Counted from the first letter of the stretch, positions 10,435 through 19,859 are shown. The stretch is 64,000 nucleotides of DNA from a bacterium (GCA_021846685.1 JAJZWL010000002.1:9321-73320), one strand, 5' to 3'. The notes: generated by a model not told the origin, from the sequence alone. Numbers and translations are program-made.

Positions 10435-11532
10435 ATGGAGATATTACTCGATGCAAGAGAAGCTACTGCTAATACAGGAACAGGTAATGTTATTCGAAAT
10501 CTATATCCCAATATAATAAAAACTGACAAAATAAACTCTTATACTATTTTATATTCAAAAACAGATCCTTTTCCTAATCTGAAATGTAGAAAAATAAAAT
10601 CTCCTAAGGATAAGGGTGCAAGGTTTACGTATATATGGCAAATCTTTGGATTATCTCATTTTTTAAATAAAAATAAATTTAATGTTTTTTTTTCAGTAGA
10701 GAATTTTGTATACCCTATATACTTTAAAGGAACTACTATTATATCCATACAAGACTTGATTCCAATTGCAATTGATAATTACTATGACAAATATAAAGAT
10801 AAAATAAAATATAAAATCCAGCTTTTATCTTTAAAATTCATGAAGAAAAATGATTTAATTTTTACGGTATCTAATTTTTCTAAAAATGAAATCATAAAAT
10901 ATTTGAAGATTAATAAAAATAAAATATTTGTAATTTACAATGGCATAAATATAAAAAAAGCTCCCATACTTTCTACTAGGTATTTAATGAAAAATAATAT
11001 TAAAAAACCTTATATACTAGCAATTGGAGGAGCTGAAAAAAGAAAAAATAATAAGACATTAATTGAAGCGTTTAATGAATTAAAAATTAAAGAAAAATTA
11101 GTTATTATAGGAAAAATAAATAGGGAAGAAAGTGCATCTCAATTTGATACATTAAACATTAAAAATAACAAAAATATAATAACACCAGGAATAGTTGATC
11201 AAAAAACTCTTAGTGCCTTATATAAAAATGCATCTGTATTTGTATTCCTATCTTATTATGAAGGTTTCGGGCTACCTCCACTAGAAGCTTTAAGCTTTTC
11301 AATTCCAACCCTATGTGCTGACAAGACGTCATTACCAGAAATATATAAAGACACAGTCCTATATGCAGATCCATTTAACAAAAATGAAATAAAGGAAAAA
11401 TTAATAGAAATTATCTCTAATCAGACTATGAGAGAAAAATTGATAAAAAACTCGAAACAACTTATTAAAGAATTAACTTGGCAAAAATCAGCAGAAAATT
11501 TTATTCAAACATTAAATACTATTCAAAAATGA
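10435..11532 (+). CDS. Glycosyltransferase family 4 (GT-B)
   Basis: LDAR start, IQDLIP, KRKN, EGFGLPPLEA. Confidence 0.9.
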   Translation: MEILLDAREATANTGTGNVIRNLYPNIIKTDKINSYTILYSKTDPFPNLKCRKIKSPKDKGARFTYIWQIFGLSHFLNKNKFNVFFSVENFVYPIYFKGTTIISIQDLIPIAIDNYYDKYKDKIKYKIQLLSLKFMKKNDLIFTVSNFSKNEIIKYLKINKNKIFVIYNGINIKKAPILSTRYLMKNNIKKPYILAIGGAEKRKNNKTLIEAFNELKIKEKLVIIGKINREESASQFDTLNIKNNKNIITPGIVDQKTLSALYKNASVFVFLSYYEGFGLPPLEALSFSIPTLCADKTSLPEIYKDTVLYADPFNKNEIKEKLIEIISNQTMREKLIKNSKQLIKELTWQKSAENFIQTLNTIQK

Positions 11533-12518
11533 TAGATATTAAAAAAAATGTAAATCTAAAAAATTATACAACATTTAAAATTGGCGGTAATGCCGAATTA
11601 TTTTCTGAAGCCTTTAGTAATGAAGATTTAATAGATTTAATTAAATATGCACATATAAAAAAAATTCCTACTACTATAATAGGAGGAGGAAGTAATATTC
11701 TTATTTCAGACAATGGAATAAAGGGGCTTACTATCATAAATAGAGCAAAATCAATAGAGATTATTGAAAACCCTAAAATAGACTTTGAAACACAAAATAA
11801 TAAATCACGTTATCAAGAAGGAGAATATTTTAAATTCTCAGATTTAGATGATGATGATTCAATTTATGATAAAGTCATAGTGAAAGTATCCTCTGGAGTA
11901 AATTTGACTTATCTTATCAATGAAACATTATCCAAAGGTATAACAGGGATACAATATTTTACAGCCATTCCAGGATCAATAGGTGGAGCTATTTTTAATA
12001 ATATACATGGAGGATCAAAACTTATTGGAAATCTCGTATATAAAGCACGATTAATAGATTTAAAAGGAAATATTATAAAAGTTGATCATTCTTTTTTTAA
12101 TTTTGACTATGATAAATCTATATTACATGAAAATAAATATTTTCTTCTAGATGTAGAATTAATATTATTTAAAGGAAATATAGACAAAGCAAAAAATACA
12201 TCCAGAGAATGGCTAAAAAGAAAAAGAGCAGTACAACCGATACTTCCTTCAGCAGGATCTATATTTAAAAATATAACAGATGAAGAAAAAGAGGTCATCT
12301 CATCTCCTGTCAATTCAGCAGGTTGGGTAATAGAACAAGCTGGGATGAAAGGATACTCAATTGGTGGAGCTAAAGTATATGATAAACATGCTAATTATAT
12401 TATTAACACAGGAACAGCTACTCAAAAAGACGTATCCTCTCTAATATTGGAAATTAAAGAAAAAGTATTAAAAAAGTTTAAGATCGAAATTAATGAAGAA
12501 ATAATATTTAAAGAATAA
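11529..12518 (+). CDS. murB: UDP-N-acetylenolpyruvoylglucosamine reductase
   Basis: TTFKIGG, GGGSN, IPGSIGGA, SAGSIFKN, KHANYIIN; start moved to ATG 11529, which overlaps the upstream stop (ATGA). Confidence 0.93.
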   Translation: MIDIKKNVNLKNYTTFKIGGNAELFSEAFSNEDLIDLIKYAHIKKIPTTIIGGGSNILISDNGIKGLTIINRAKSIEIIENPKIDFETQNNKSRYQEGEYFKFSDLDDDDSIYDKVIVKVSSGVNLTYLINETLSKGITGIQYFTAIPGSIGGAIFNNIHGGSKLIGNLVYKARLIDLKGNIIKVDHSFFNFDYDKSILHENKYFLLDVELILFKGNIDKAKNTSREWLKRKRAVQPILPSAGSIFKNITDEEKEVISSPVNSAGWVIEQAGMKGYSIGGAKVYDKHANYIINTGTATQKDVSSLILEIKEKVLKKFKIEINEEIIFKE

Positions 12519-12605
12519 TAATTTTACTTTTCTGTATTCTATTACCTCAAATTCATTCTTACCCTCTTTATTTTTTCCCTTATACTCCAATTCTATTCCA
12601 TAGAA
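12453..12605 (+). repeat. Direct repeat copy 1 (~150 bp): intact murB 3' end plus decayed 3' end of the LysW-like gene
   Basis: Near-identical to 13558-13708, differing by two 1-nt indels and a few substitutions. Confidence 0.95.
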
Positions 12606-12716
12606 TTGTTAAAATATAAATATAAATATAAATTTCAAATTCATAATCATAAAACTATAGTTTCATACCAAAATACTTATTAATTAGAAATATCTTTATT
12701 TAATATAATTATAATA

Positions 12717-12746
12717 TTGACAAGAATAATCTAGTATGTATATAAT
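12717..12746 (+). promoter_or_regulatory. Promoter of the toxin-antitoxin operon, probably leaderless
   Basis: TTGACA 12717-12722, 18-bp spacer, TATAAT 12741-12746, ATG 7 nt later. Confidence 0.75.
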
Positions 12747-12753
12747 AGATAAT

Positions 12754-13029
12754 ATGAAAACAGCAACTGTTAATTTTAAAACAGATATATCAATTAAAAT
12801 AAAAGCTCAAGAGGTTGCTCATAAATTGGGTATTCCATTAAGTAATTTACTAAATGCATACCTTTATGAGCTCATTAATACAGGTAGTGTACATTTTACT
12901 ACTACTGAACCAATGACTGAAAAAATGGAAAAAATTATTGCGCAGGCAGAGTTAGAAATGGCTTCAGGAAAAGTTAGTGGTCCATTTAAAACTGTTGAAG
13001 AGTTCTTTGCCCATCTTGATAATTTATAA
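12754..13029 (+). CDS. RelB/DinJ family antitoxin
   Basis: Ribbon-helix-helix N-terminus (ATVNFKTD..IK..A..V...LGIPLS), acidic C-terminus (GPFKTVEEFFAHL); start placed at 12754, after the -10 box. Confidence 0.85.
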   Translation: MKTATVNFKTDISIKIKAQEVAHKLGIPLSNLLNAYLYELINTGSVHFTTTEPMTEKMEKIIAQAELEMASGKVSGPFKTVEEFFAHLDNL

Positions 13030-13286
13030 TGAATATTCAGACTACAAAAAATTTCGATAAACAGTACTCAAAACTCAATATAAAAATTAAAAATCAGTTT
13101 AAAAAGAATATAGAATTATTTAAACTTAATCCATTTGACATAACTTTAAGAAATCACGCACTTAAAGGAAGGTACTTAGGATATAGAAGTATTGATATTA
13201 GCGGAGATGTTAGAGCATTATATACAGTCAAAGGAAATACTATAATTATATTTGCATTCATTGGTACACATAGTCAATTATATTAA
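13029..13286 (+). CDS. RelE/YafQ family mRNA interferase toxin
   Basis: TKNFDKQY, LRNHALKG, RSIDISGD.R, IGTHSQLY; start overlaps the antitoxin stop. Confidence 0.9.
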   Translation: MNIQTTKNFDKQYSKLNIKIKNQFKKNIELFKLNPFDITLRNHALKGRYLGYRSIDISGDVRALYTVKGNTIIIFAFIGTHSQLY

Positions 13287-13557
13287 CACAAAATAGACAT
13301 ACTAGGATTATCTATCTACAGAAATAAAGCTATTGATTTTTAGATATATACAAAAACCTTTTATCTCAATTAAAAAATATCCTATTAAATACAATTTAGA
13401 TTATTTAATGCTATCTAATCAATATCATGATGATGGCGTAACAATAAGAAATATATTTAAATAATAAATATATCTAAGAAATTAAAAGTACACTCTTAAC
13501 TAGTATGAGATATAAATTAATATAATGTGATAAAATAGCGTACTAGAGTATCATTAT

Positions 13558-13708
13558 ATTAAAGAAAAAGTATTAAAAAGTTCAAGATCGAAATTAATGA
13601 AGAAATAATATTTAAAGAATAATAATTTTACTTTTCTTCTTCTATTACCTCAAATTCATTCTTACCCTCTTTATTTTTTCCCTTATACTCCAATTCTATT
13701 CCACAGAA
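13558..13708 (+). repeat. Direct repeat copy 2: decayed murB 3' fragment plus intact 3' end of the LysW-like gene
   Basis: Matches 12453-12605. Confidence 0.95.
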
Positions 13709-13786
13709 AGGACACTCAACTGTCTCTCCTACAGAAACTTTTTCTATCTTAAATTCATTTTGACACTCAGTACATGTAATATCCAT
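13628..13786 (-). CDS. LysW-like zinc-ribbon small protein (52 aa, absent from the ORF track)
   Basis: Hand translation MDITCTECQNEFKIEKVSVGETVECPFCGIELEYKGKNKEGKNEFEVIEEEK*; two CxxC pairs with LysW-like spacing and acidic tail; TATAAT 8 nt upstream of the ATG. Confidence 0.8.
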   Translation of the reverse strand: MDITCTECQNEFKIEKVSVGETVECPFCGIELEYKGKNKEGKNEFEVIEEEK

Positions 13787-13894
13787 ATGCACCTATTATA
13801 CAATAAATATATCAAATATCAAATTATTAAAATTCAAAATACATGTTCTATCATTGCTTTAAGTAAAGTTACTATGTTACCATAATTAGCAATT

Positions 13895-16255
13895 ATGCAA
13901 GAAGGATATAATTTTAAAGAAATTGAAAAAAAATGGAGAGAGTTTTGGAAAAAAACAGAACTTTATAAAACTGATATATATACTAAAAAAAATAAGGCCT
14001 ATATATTAGATATGCTTCCATATCCTTCTGGAGCAGGATTACATGTTGGCCATCTTAAAGGTTATGTCGGTAGTGATGTTACCGCAAGATATAAAAGATT
14101 AAAAGGTTTCGAAATTTTACATCCAATGGGATGGGATGCATTTGGACTTCCAACAGAAAATTTTGCTATAAAAACTGGGAAAGATCCCTATACAGTAACT
14201 GAAGAAAATATTTCAGAATTTAAAAAAGAATTAATAAATGTAGGACTTAGTATTGACTGGGATAAAGAAATTAATACTTCACACAAAGATTACTATAAAT
14301 TCACACAATTATTATTTCTGAAATTATATAAAAAAGGATTAGCAGAGAAAAAAAAATCTCCCGTTAATTGGTGTCCTTCATGTAAAACCGTACTTTCAAA
14401 TGAACAATCAATTGGAGGAGTATGTGAAAGATGTGATAATCAAATTGAGATAAAAATTATCGATCAATGGTACTTCAAAATAACAGAATACGCTGAAAGA
14501 CTATTAAACGATATACCTTCACTTAAGTGGCCTGTATCAACAAAAAAAATGCAAGAAAAATGGATAGGGAAAAGTAAAGGTGCTGAAATTAGTTTCAAAA
14601 TAGAAAACAAAGATTTTAATCTTAATATATTTACTACAAAACCTGAAACTATATATGGAGTAACTTTTATAGTAATTGCTCCTGAAAATACATTAATAGA
14701 TAAAATCACAACAAAAGAATATCAAACAGATGTGAAAAATTATATAAAAAATATATCACCTCAATCTGAAATAGAGAGAAAAAAAGATGTGAAAACAGGA
14801 GTGTTTACAGGATCCTTTGCTATAAATCCAATAAATAATAATAAAATTCCAATCTGGATAGCAGACTATGTACTTATGGAATATGGAACAGGGGCAGTAA
14901 TGGGAGTTCCTGCTCATGATAAAAGAGATTTACTCTTCGCAACAAAACATGATCTTAAAGTTGAATTTGTATTAGATGAAAATATTAAAGATTATAAACA
15001 GTCAAAAATGATAATAGGGGAATATAAAGGGAAGTATGTAGAAGAGGTAAGAGATAATATAATTAAAGATATCAAAGGAGCTAAACACAAAACAGAATAT
15101 AAATTGAGAGATTGGTCAATATCTAGAGAAAGATTTTGGGGAGCACCAATTCCTATTATATACTGTGATCAATGTGGAGAAGTTCCCGTAAAAGAATCTG
15201 ATCTCCCAGTTATTTTGCCAGATGATATTACTAATTATAAGCCAACTGGAGTAGCCCCTTTAACAAAATCTGATCAATTTATGAATACAAAATGCCCTAA
15301 TTGTAATGGGGATGCAAAAAGAGAAGCAAAAACAATGGATACTTTTGTAGATTCATCTTGGTACTACTTAAGGTATATTGATCCTTATAATAAAAAAGAA
15401 TTTGGAAACAAAGACAGTCTTAATAAATGGATGCCAGTTGATTTATATATAGGAGGAAGTGAACATGCAGTTGGTCATTTACTATATTCAAGATTCATAA
15501 CTAAATTTTTATATGATGAAGGATATTTAAATTTTTCAGAACCTTTTGAACAATTAAAACATGTAGGATTAATATATGGAGAAGATAAAAGAAAAATGAG
15601 CAAAAGGTGGGGAAATGTTATTACTGCTAAATTTGTATTAGATGAATATGGAGCAGATGTAACAAGGTTATATGAAATGTTTATGGAACCATTTGAACAA
15701 TATGCGTTTTGGAATACAAATGCTATTATAGGTGTCAAAAGATTTATTAACAGGGTATGGAAACTTCAATACATAATATCTAAAAAAGAACATCCAGAAG
15801 AAACAATAGCAACGAATAAACTAATTCAAAAAGTAGATGAATATATTAAAAAAGGAAAATATAATCTATCAGTTAGTGAATATATGAAATATATGAATAA
15901 AATAGAAGAGCTAGGATCAATTACAAAAGAAAATTTTGAGAAATTTTTAATTACACTTTCACCTTATGCACCATTCATTTCTGAAGAATTATTCTCCATA
16001 TTAGGACACAATGAAAGTATACATCTATCTTCATGGCCTCAAGTTCAAAATAACTCCATAAAGGAAACTCATATAACATTACCAGTACAGATAAATGGTA
16101 AATTAAGAGGAACAATTTATATAGAAATAGACTCCAGTGAAAAAACAGTATTAGAAAAAATAAATAAGGATGATAAGTTATCACAAAAAATTGATCTTGA
16201 GAATATAAAAAAAGTTATTTATGTAAAAAATAAAATTATAAATATACTTAATTAA
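13895..16255 (+). CDS. leuS: Leucine--tRNA ligase
   Basis: PYPSG.GLHVGH, GWDAFGLP, editing domain GTGAVMGVPAHD, LRDW.ISR, KMSKR, VQINGKLR. Confidence 0.97.
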   Translation: MQEGYNFKEIEKKWREFWKKTELYKTDIYTKKNKAYILDMLPYPSGAGLHVGHLKGYVGSDVTARYKRLKGFEILHPMGWDAFGLPTENFAIKTGKDPYTVTEENISEFKKELINVGLSIDWDKEINTSHKDYYKFTQLLFLKLYKKGLAEKKKSPVNWCPSCKTVLSNEQSIGGVCERCDNQIEIKIIDQWYFKITEYAERLLNDIPSLKWPVSTKKMQEKWIGKSKGAEISFKIENKDFNLNIFTTKPETIYGVTFIVIAPENTLIDKITTKEYQTDVKNYIKNISPQSEIERKKDVKTGVFTGSFAINPINNNKIPIWIADYVLMEYGTGAVMGVPAHDKRDLLFATKHDLKVEFVLDENIKDYKQSKMIIGEYKGKYVEEVRDNIIKDIKGAKHKTEYKLRDWSISRERFWGAPIPIIYCDQCGEVPVKESDLPVILPDDITNYKPTGVAPLTKSDQFMNTKCPNCNGDAKREAKTMDTFVDSSWYYLRYIDPYNKKEFGNKDSLNKWMPVDLYIGGSEHAVGHLLYSRFITKFLYDEGYLNFSEPFEQLKHVGLIYGEDKRKMSKRWGNVITAKFVLDEYGADVTRLYEMFMEPFEQYAFWNTNAIIGVKRFINRVWKLQYIISKKEHPEETIATNKLIQKVDEYIKKGKYNLSVSEYMKYMNKIEELGSITKENFEKFLITLSPYAPFISEELFSILGHNESIHLSSWPQVQNNSIKETHITLPVQINGKLRGTIYIEIDSSEKTVLEKINKDDKLSQKIDLENIKKVIYVKNKIINILN

Positions 16256-16257
16256 TT

Positions 16258-17193
16258 ATGGACAATTCCGAAAAAAAAGGTATATGGCTATATGAAGATA
16301 TTTATTCTTATAAAATCAAAGGTGAAAATAGAATAAGTATTGGAGAAGGAAATACCCAACTAGAAAGATTAAAGTTCTTAGAAATAGCATTAGGGATCCC
16401 TGTTATATATGCAAAAAGAGAAGATAAAAATCCTACAGGATCAGCTAAAGATAGATCCACTGCTTTCTTTTTTTCTTATCTTAAATCTAATAGAATAAAT
16501 GAAGTTGTAATTCCGTCTTCTGGTAATACAGCAATATCTGCAGCATATTATGGAAAGATAACAGGGATTAAATTATATTTATTTATATCAGAAAATTTTT
16601 CAATTATAAAAAACCAAAGATTAAATAAAGCTTTAAAAAACAATAAAAATATAGAAATTATTAAATCAAAAAGACCTTTATCTGATGCCATTAAATATGC
16701 AAAAGAAAATCATATAGAACTATTTAGAGGATCTACCTCACAAATAGCAATTGAAGGATATAAAAGCTTAGGAGAAGAATTATCATTAATAAGAGCAGAT
16801 GCTCTGTTTATCCCTATAAGTAGTGGAACTACAATAGAAGGAATATCAAAAAGATTAAATAAAAATTGCCACATACATATAGTACAGACATCAAAAATTA
16901 ATACTATCTCAAGATTATTTGATACTAATTTTAAATCAGAGAATGTCACCCTAGCAGACTCAATAGTAGCTAGAGTTACTGAAAGAAAAAAAGCTATTGA
17001 AGACATAATAAATAAAACTAAAGGGTGGGGTTGGACAGTGGAAAATACAGAGATTCAAGAATGTCATGATTTATTAATAAAAAATGGAATAAATACATCT
17101 TATGACTCCAGTATCACTATTGCAGCTCTAATGAAGGCAATAAAAAAGGGATATAAATTTAAAAAAGTTATATTAGTTTTCACAGGAAAATGA
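16258..17193 (+). CDS. PLP-dependent fold type II enzyme (threonine synthase/cysteine synthase-like)
   Basis: GEGNT, KREDKNPTGSAKDR (PLP lysine), SSGNTA, PISSGTT, C-terminal TG. Confidence 0.85.
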   Translation: MDNSEKKGIWLYEDIYSYKIKGENRISIGEGNTQLERLKFLEIALGIPVIYAKREDKNPTGSAKDRSTAFFFSYLKSNRINEVVIPSSGNTAISAAYYGKITGIKLYLFISENFSIIKNQRLNKALKNNKNIEIIKSKRPLSDAIKYAKENHIELFRGSTSQIAIEGYKSLGEELSLIRADALFIPISSGTTIEGISKRLNKNCHIHIVQTSKINTISRLFDTNFKSENVTLADSIVARVTERKKAIEDIINKTKGWGWTVENTEIQECHDLLIKNGINTSYDSSITIAALMKAIKKGYKFKKVILVFTGK

Positions 17194-18479
17194 ATAACAT
17201 AGATAATCTATTAGGAAATAATAATATAATATATGTCACAAATGACCCTGAAAGATCTTTAGGTTTAGAAAAAATTACAAAACATTTTTACACTCTATGC
17301 ATAGATGATTCATATATATTAAATTTTTTAAATAATTTTTATTCTTTAAAAAAAAATTTTCCAAACATAGATATATTTAGAAATTCCAATAAATTATTAC
17401 AAGAAGAATCAGTAAAACAATACCTATCTTCTATTAAGAATCCTTCGTTTATGTTTTTTAAAATAGCTCCAAATATTGAAATAGAATTAAAAAATAAAAA
17501 AATTTTAAACACACACTCAGATCTAAATAGAAAATATGAAAACAAAATAATGATTAGTAATATTTTCAAAGATATAGTACCGCCAACAAAAATTATTAAT
17601 TTAAAAATAGATACATACAATTCAATTTCAAATTTTCTGGGAAAGGAGTTTGTAATACAATTTTCTAGAGGACAAAGTGGAAATACCACATTTTTCATTG
17701 ATAATAAAGATCAATTTGAAAAATTACAAGAAAAATATCCTCTAAGAATAGCAAAAGCTGTAAAAAAAATATCCGGTGAATACTTCACGATAAATGGAGT
17801 TATCACAGAAAATGATATTCTAATAGGAAATCTTTCAAAACAAATTACAGGAATAAAAGAATTAACAGCCTTTAAAGGAGGTACTGTAGGAAATGAATGG
17901 ATTACAGGATTAACAATAAAACAAAAAGATATGTTTATTGATAAAATGCAATATATTGGTAAAAAAATGAAAAATGATGGTTATAGAGGTATGTTTGGTG
18001 CAGATTTTGTTTTTGATTCACAAAATATTTTTTTAATAGAGGTAAATGCTAGAGAAAATGCATCTATACCTACATATACAAAAATACAAATTAATGAGAA
18101 TATACTACCTTTTAAATTAATACATATACTTGATTTTCTAAAGATATCATACAAAATAGATTCTACAAAAATTAATAATCAAATATATGAAGATTATAAT
18201 TACAGACAAATAATAATAAGAAATATTCAATCTCACCCTGTAAAAGCAAATACATTTTTAAATGGAGTATATTCTTCTAATTTAGATAAGATTAGAGAAG
18301 GTTATGATATTGATTCATTAAAAAATAATGATTATTTAATTCTCACTTCATATTCAAATGTAAATCCTAATATAGAAATATCTAAAATACAATCAAAAAG
18401 TAGTATAGATAATAATTTTATTAATCAAACTTTAATCAAATTATTGCAAAATCCAGGTGAAGATAATATAATCCTTTAA
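17190..18479 (+). CDS. ATP-grasp domain protein of unknown specificity
   Basis: YENK, GQSGNTT loop, I.GE..TING, GYRGMFGADF, IEVNAR. Confidence 0.75.
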   Translation: MNNIDNLLGNNNIIYVTNDPERSLGLEKITKHFYTLCIDDSYILNFLNNFYSLKKNFPNIDIFRNSNKLLQEESVKQYLSSIKNPSFMFFKIAPNIEIELKNKKILNTHSDLNRKYENKIMISNIFKDIVPPTKIINLKIDTYNSISNFLGKEFVIQFSRGQSGNTTFFIDNKDQFEKLQEKYPLRIAKAVKKISGEYFTINGVITENDILIGNLSKQITGIKELTAFKGGTVGNEWITGLTIKQKDMFIDKMQYIGKKMKNDGYRGMFGADFVFDSQNIFLIEVNARENASIPTYTKIQINENILPFKLIHILDFLKISYKIDSTKINNQIYEDYNYRQIIIRNIQSHPVKANTFLNGVYSSNLDKIREGYDIDSLKNNDYLILTSYSNVNPNIEISKIQSKSSIDNNFINQTLIKLLQNPGEDNIIL

Positions 18480-18513
18480 TAATCAATATTAATTTAAAAC
18501 TATCCTAAAATTT

Positions 18514-19815
18514 ATGAACATCAAGAGAACGTATTTATTTTATTTTTTTGCACTAGTAGTATTAATTATTTTTTCTATATCGTATGTACTACACAATAAA
18601 GTAAAACCTGCTACAACATACTATTATAAAAGTTATAATCAATATTCGAATAATGGAAAAGATAATAATGTAGTGACAGGATCAAAAAAAACATTACTAT
18701 CTAAAGTAATACTTTCTAAAAATATTAATTCCCTAGGATTCGATACTACACCTATTGTCTCTGGAGATATGGAGTATGTTGGGACTATGAATAGAACTAC
18801 ACTTACTGGTGGTTTATATGCAATAAAAAGAACTACAGGTAAAGTTGCATGGCATGATAATTTTTCAAACTGGATTATGACAAATCCAGTAGTAGTACCT
18901 TCTAAAAATATGGTATTTGTAGGATCAGGAAACAGTAAGCACTATGGAAATATAAAGAATACGAACACTCTATATAGAGGAACTGGGAATAATTACATCT
19001 ATGGAATAAATATTACTAACGGTAAAGTTATATGGAAATACAAGACACTAGGAGAAAATATGCCTACACCTATTTATAAGAATGGAATACTGTACTTTGT
19101 AAATGGAAATAGAAAATTTTATGCACTAAATTCTACTACTGGAAAATTATTATGGAGTATTAGTACAGGATCTATAGTGTCTATGTCTTCTCCTGTACTT
19201 ATAGGAAATAATGTATATTTTGGAGGAGCACTTCCTTATAAATTCTTTGATGTTAATATAAGAACGAAAAAAATAGCTTGGGCAGACAGTTTTCCTAAAG
19301 TTACTGGCGCTTTAGATGATACTACACCTACATATTCAAATGGGTATATCTATACTAATGCAACGGTGCTTACTAATTATAAAAATAATATGGGGACAGA
19401 ATATTTATATAAAATAAATGCAAAAACAGGAAAAATTATATGGAGTCTAAAAGAAGGTAGTGGTGTAATCAACCTTCCTACTGATCCAATGGAAGGAAGT
19501 GTATCTACTATAGTTAATAATATACTGTATACCTCATCTAATACAACAAGAAAGATTTTTGCAGTAAATGTAGATACAAAAAAAGTATTATGGAATTTTA
19601 AAGTAAAAGGAATGGTAAATTCACCATTTATAGTAATGAAAAATCTTATTTATTCTACTACAGTTAATGGGAATATTTATGTACTCAATATTAAAAATGG
19701 AGAATTTATAGCAAAAAGAACTTTAGGTGGTCCAGAATTAGCTTCAGGAATAAGCTTTTATAGCGGAAAATTCTATGCAACTACTGGAAATGGAAATTTC
19801 TATGTTTTCCAATAA
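18514..19815 (+). CDS. Membrane-anchored/secreted PQQ-like beta-propeller, tetrathionate hydrolase-like
   Basis: N-terminal TM/signal; repeated A.N..TGK..W blades; GENMPTP, SMSSP, GALDDTTP motifs. Confidence 0.75.
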   Translation: MNIKRTYLFYFFALVVLIIFSISYVLHNKVKPATTYYYKSYNQYSNNGKDNNVVTGSKKTLLSKVILSKNINSLGFDTTPIVSGDMEYVGTMNRTTLTGGLYAIKRTTGKVAWHDNFSNWIMTNPVVVPSKNMVFVGSGNSKHYGNIKNTNTLYRGTGNNYIYGINITNGKVIWKYKTLGENMPTPIYKNGILYFVNGNRKFYALNSTTGKLLWSISTGSIVSMSSPVLIGNNVYFGGALPYKFFDVNIRTKKIAWADSFPKVTGALDDTTPTYSNGYIYTNATVLTNYKNNMGTEYLYKINAKTGKIIWSLKEGSGVINLPTDPMEGSVSTIVNNILYTSSNTTRKIFAVNVDTKKVLWNFKVKGMVNSPFIVMKNLIYSTTVNGNIYVLNIKNGEFIAKRTLGGPELASGISFYSGKFYATTGNGNFYVFQ

Positions 19816-19859
19816 GATTAATTTTCTTTCTATATAGTTAACTTATATAATCTATAATT

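Noticed and set aside
12612..12633. AAATAT tandem repeat
   Set aside because: Only about three units of low-complexity sequence; not a CRISPR array or iteron
12606..13557. Integron attC or XerCD dif sites around the toxin-antitoxin module
   Set aside because: TAAC after the toxin stop and XerD-like half sites exist, but there is no matching GTTRRRY or XerC arm; expected by chance at this AT content
15590..15612. KMSKR instead of KMSKS in LeuS
   Set aside because: A tolerated natural variant of the class I motif; the rest of the enzyme is intact
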